A stretch of 51,728 bases of DNA. Source: Vicugna vicugna. Taxonomy: Eukaryota. The stretch spans positions 1 through 51,728 of the forward strand of contig MU057454.1 in NCBI GenBank assembly GCA_013265495.1. Reading direction: 5' to 3'. The notes under the pieces were generated by a model. It ran no database searches and had not been told where the DNA came from. It saw nothing but the letters and a program-made list of their open reading frames with translations. Both the position numbers and the translations under genes were made by a program. Below, piece after piece: positions 49,020-51,728 of the stretch (positions within the stretch are counted from its first letter, which is position 1; every line of letters starts with the position of its first letter).

Positions 49020-51490
49020 TACATTCATTCAGCAAATGTGTATAAGCTCCTACTACATACGGGAATCTCCTAACTAGACCGTTCCCAAGGCTCTCGGGCT
49101 TTATCAGTCAACAAAATAGACATGACTCCCCATCACTGGGGGCTCAGAATTTTAGCAGAGGAAACAGGCAGCATGTTGGGGGTAGCAAGAGTTTGGAAAA
49201 ATTTTAAAAAAAGAGTGATATGAGCAAACTCGGGTGATGGCCGTGGGGTGGGAGGCAGGCAGGAGGGTATAAGGCAATCCTGGCAGATCTCATGGAGTAA
49301 TGAACTTGAAGCAGAATAGATCCGGAGGAAGAAGGAAGAGCCAGAGCCTGAGGCCCCCAGAGTGAGGGGGAGAGTGTGGGCGGAGAGGCAGAGCACTCCG
49401 GGCGGGTCCTGAGCCTTCGTGACGGACTTTGGCTCCTAATGAAATGGTGACACTTTTAGTGAGTTTTGAGGGGAGGGGTGATGTAGTCCAACTTATGCTT
49501 TTGTGTTTGTGTTTTTTGGGGGGAGGTAATTTATTTATTTTAATGAAGGTGCTGGTGATTGAACCCAGGATCTCATGCATGCTAAGCATGTGCCCTACCA
49601 CTGAGCTACACCCACCAACCCCAATATATGTTTTTACAGGCTCCCTCTGACTCTGTGTGGATGAGAGATTGTAGGAAAGCAAAGATGGAAACAGGAGGCT
49701 ATTGGTGTCCAGGAAGGGCTGAAGGTGGCTCTTAGGAGGGCGGGGAGCAGAGAGCAGGTATTTAATGAAGACAGAGTATCCAGAATTTTCTAACAAGCTG
49801 GATTTGCTGTCTGTGAACGTAAGAGAAAGAGAGAGAAAGGACATGATTCCAACATCTGGACCTGGAAATGGGAGGGATGTCCTCTCCATCCACAGGGGAT
49901 GGGACAAGGTGGGGCTGAGCAGGTGGAAAGGGGATGGTATCAGCTCAGTTCTTCAATGTCATGGTTAAGGGGTGTATTACATATTGCCACAGAAGTGCCT
50001 AATAGGCAGAGGAATCTGTTTTCTTTTTCTTTTTAACATTTAAAAATATAATTTAATTGTATTAATTGTATTAAGTGAATGATTTGGGAATTTCGTTTCA
50101 TGCCAAGGTATATGTTATATACAGCCAAATGGAAAATATATCAAAAAAGGGGAGAAATGAGGGCTTTCACATAAACTGACTGTCCGTAACGTAGGTAAAA
50201 TTTCAATAAAACCAGTCTTCAGTGCAAAAACCTCATCTCGGTGTTACATAAAAATAAATGATAAATGACTATGTTGATGTATCATTATTTCATTTTACAT
50301 AATAGCCCCAAACTAACACAGTGTTTAACTATGAGGCTTGTAGAAATACTATTCGCTTTATTCACATAAATACAGAATTGCATAAATGTTCTAAGGTAGA
50401 ATTAGCATCTTAGTGGAAATAATACATATTTGAGCATTTTACATGATATATATGTACTGATTCAAAATTTGGAAAAGTAATTACATAGTAGAACATATGT
50501 ATGAATGTGAAAGCAAGATGAATGAAAGGAAAAGAATGTGAGTCTCAGGGATAAAGGTCCAGATGGAAAGGGGAAATCAGGGAATTTTGGAGAAATCGAG
50601 AAATTGATGGCATGCCAATTTCCAAGGCTGGGTTGCTTCCACCAAAGGAATAGCAGAGAGAGAGAGGAGAGGCCCAGGAACTGACCCTGGGGCACACCCA
50701 CAGTATATTTTGGAAAAAAGAGGAGACATTGGCAAGGGACCAGCCAGCAGGACAAAAGCAGAAACAGACAGAGCGATGGGCTGGAGGTTGAGTGAAACAG
50801 GAACATGGGGTAGGAGGGATGGAAGAGCTGGGTCAAATGCTACCAAGGGACCACGCATGATGAGGAGTCAAAATTGACCACTATATTTAGCAACATGGGG
50901 TCACTGATGGCCTTGACAGGGCAGTTTCCATAGAGCGAGGGATCAGGCGAAAAGCCAGAATGGGTGTAAAAGGGGATGGCTCAAGAGAAGATGCAGACAG
51001 TGAGTTTAAACAACTCCTTAAAGATTTGCTGCAAAGACACAGGGTGGCAATTGGTGGGGGTGAATTAGGGTCAAGGAGTGCTGTTGGTTTAAGAGGATGG
51101 ACGTTTATATACTGATGGTGCCAACTAGCAGGAGAACAAAATAGATGAGGCAGTGAAAGAGAGGATGGTTTTGGGAGTGACAACCCAGAGAAGATGGGAG
51201 GGATGGGGCCCCAGGGACTTTTGGAGGAACTGGCTTTCAATGCCACTTTTAATAAGCGGTGGGGCACCGAGAGTGAGGTCACAGACATCAGAAAGCGAGC
51301 GGATGTGCTAGGAGTTGCTTGTGAAATTTCTCTTCTGTTGGCTTGTTTGCTTGTTCAAAGTAGAAAAGTAACCTTACCAGCTGAGGAACAAGGAGGAAGA
51401 AAGAGTTGCTGGAGCCATGAGCAGAAGATAAGAAAGAGCCTTCCAGGGAGAATGGGACAGTAAAAATGGCAGGTGGAGGCGGGTGAGTGA
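49020..51490 (-). mobile_element. L2 LINE, interrupted by a SINE and a ~510-bp AT-rich insert
   Basis: Begins with the cattcattcagcaaatg tail, followed by a purine-rich L2-like body (gatttagcaacatggggtcactgatggccttgacagggcagtttc). Confidence 0.8.
49499..49620 (-). mobile_element. Camelid-type tRNA-derived SINE with TSD
   Basis: ggggaggtaatttatttattttaatgaaggtgctggtgattgaacccaggatctcatgcatgctaagcatgtgccctaccactgagctacaccc, flanked by ccaacttatgctttt and ccaatatatgttttt. Confidence 0.9.
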
Positions 51491-51728
51491 GCTCCCAGAA
51501 AGTTACTTTTTCTCTTTGACGTCCCCAAATGTGTGATGTGTGATTACCCTTCCTGCTGTCTACAAAAGAAAAATTAATTATGGTTCAGAGGAAATGCTAT
51601 TTTATTCTAAGAGGCTGCCTGTTTCTCAGGAATGGTCATCTTAAACTGCAAATGTTCAAAAAATGTTGAAAAGATGAACCTGTGTACCTAAAATCCCCTA
51701 TTTTCTATTAATCTGTTTACTACTTAGT

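Overview
Mammalian genomic DNA. The tRNA-derived SINEs look camelid (alpaca/camel). It is a draft assembly with three N gaps, and I see no intact protein-coding gene. The minus strand carries two intron-containing, decayed gene copies that are not neighbours at their usual loci. (1) A TRAPPC9 (NIBP)-like unprocessed pseudogene: a CpG-island promoter and first exon at about 28.2-29.0 kb, the ATG exon at 23098-23670 (one stop, two frameshifts), the next exon at 14627-14747 (dead acceptor, deletion) and the 27-nt microexon at 6191-6217 (intact splice sites, stop codon). (2) An MRAP2-like terminal exon at 40198-40587 with a 1-nt frameshift. Between them the CpG island carries MYB-, NRF1-, CRE- and E-box-type motifs, next to a divergent pair of ERV1 LTRs. 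Upstream of the MRAP2-like exon is a 2-kb GC-rich array of about 13 diverged ~164-bp units with higher-order structure. The rest is L1, L2, MIR, MaLR, hAT elements, SINEs and microsatellites, plus two ~445-bp near-perfect tandem duplications that are probably assembly artefacts. My most speculative reading is a segmental-duplication mosaic repurposed as a germline non-coding locus (pachytene piRNA-like or DMR-like); this is inference only. All homology calls rest on recalled protein and repeat sequences, not database searches.
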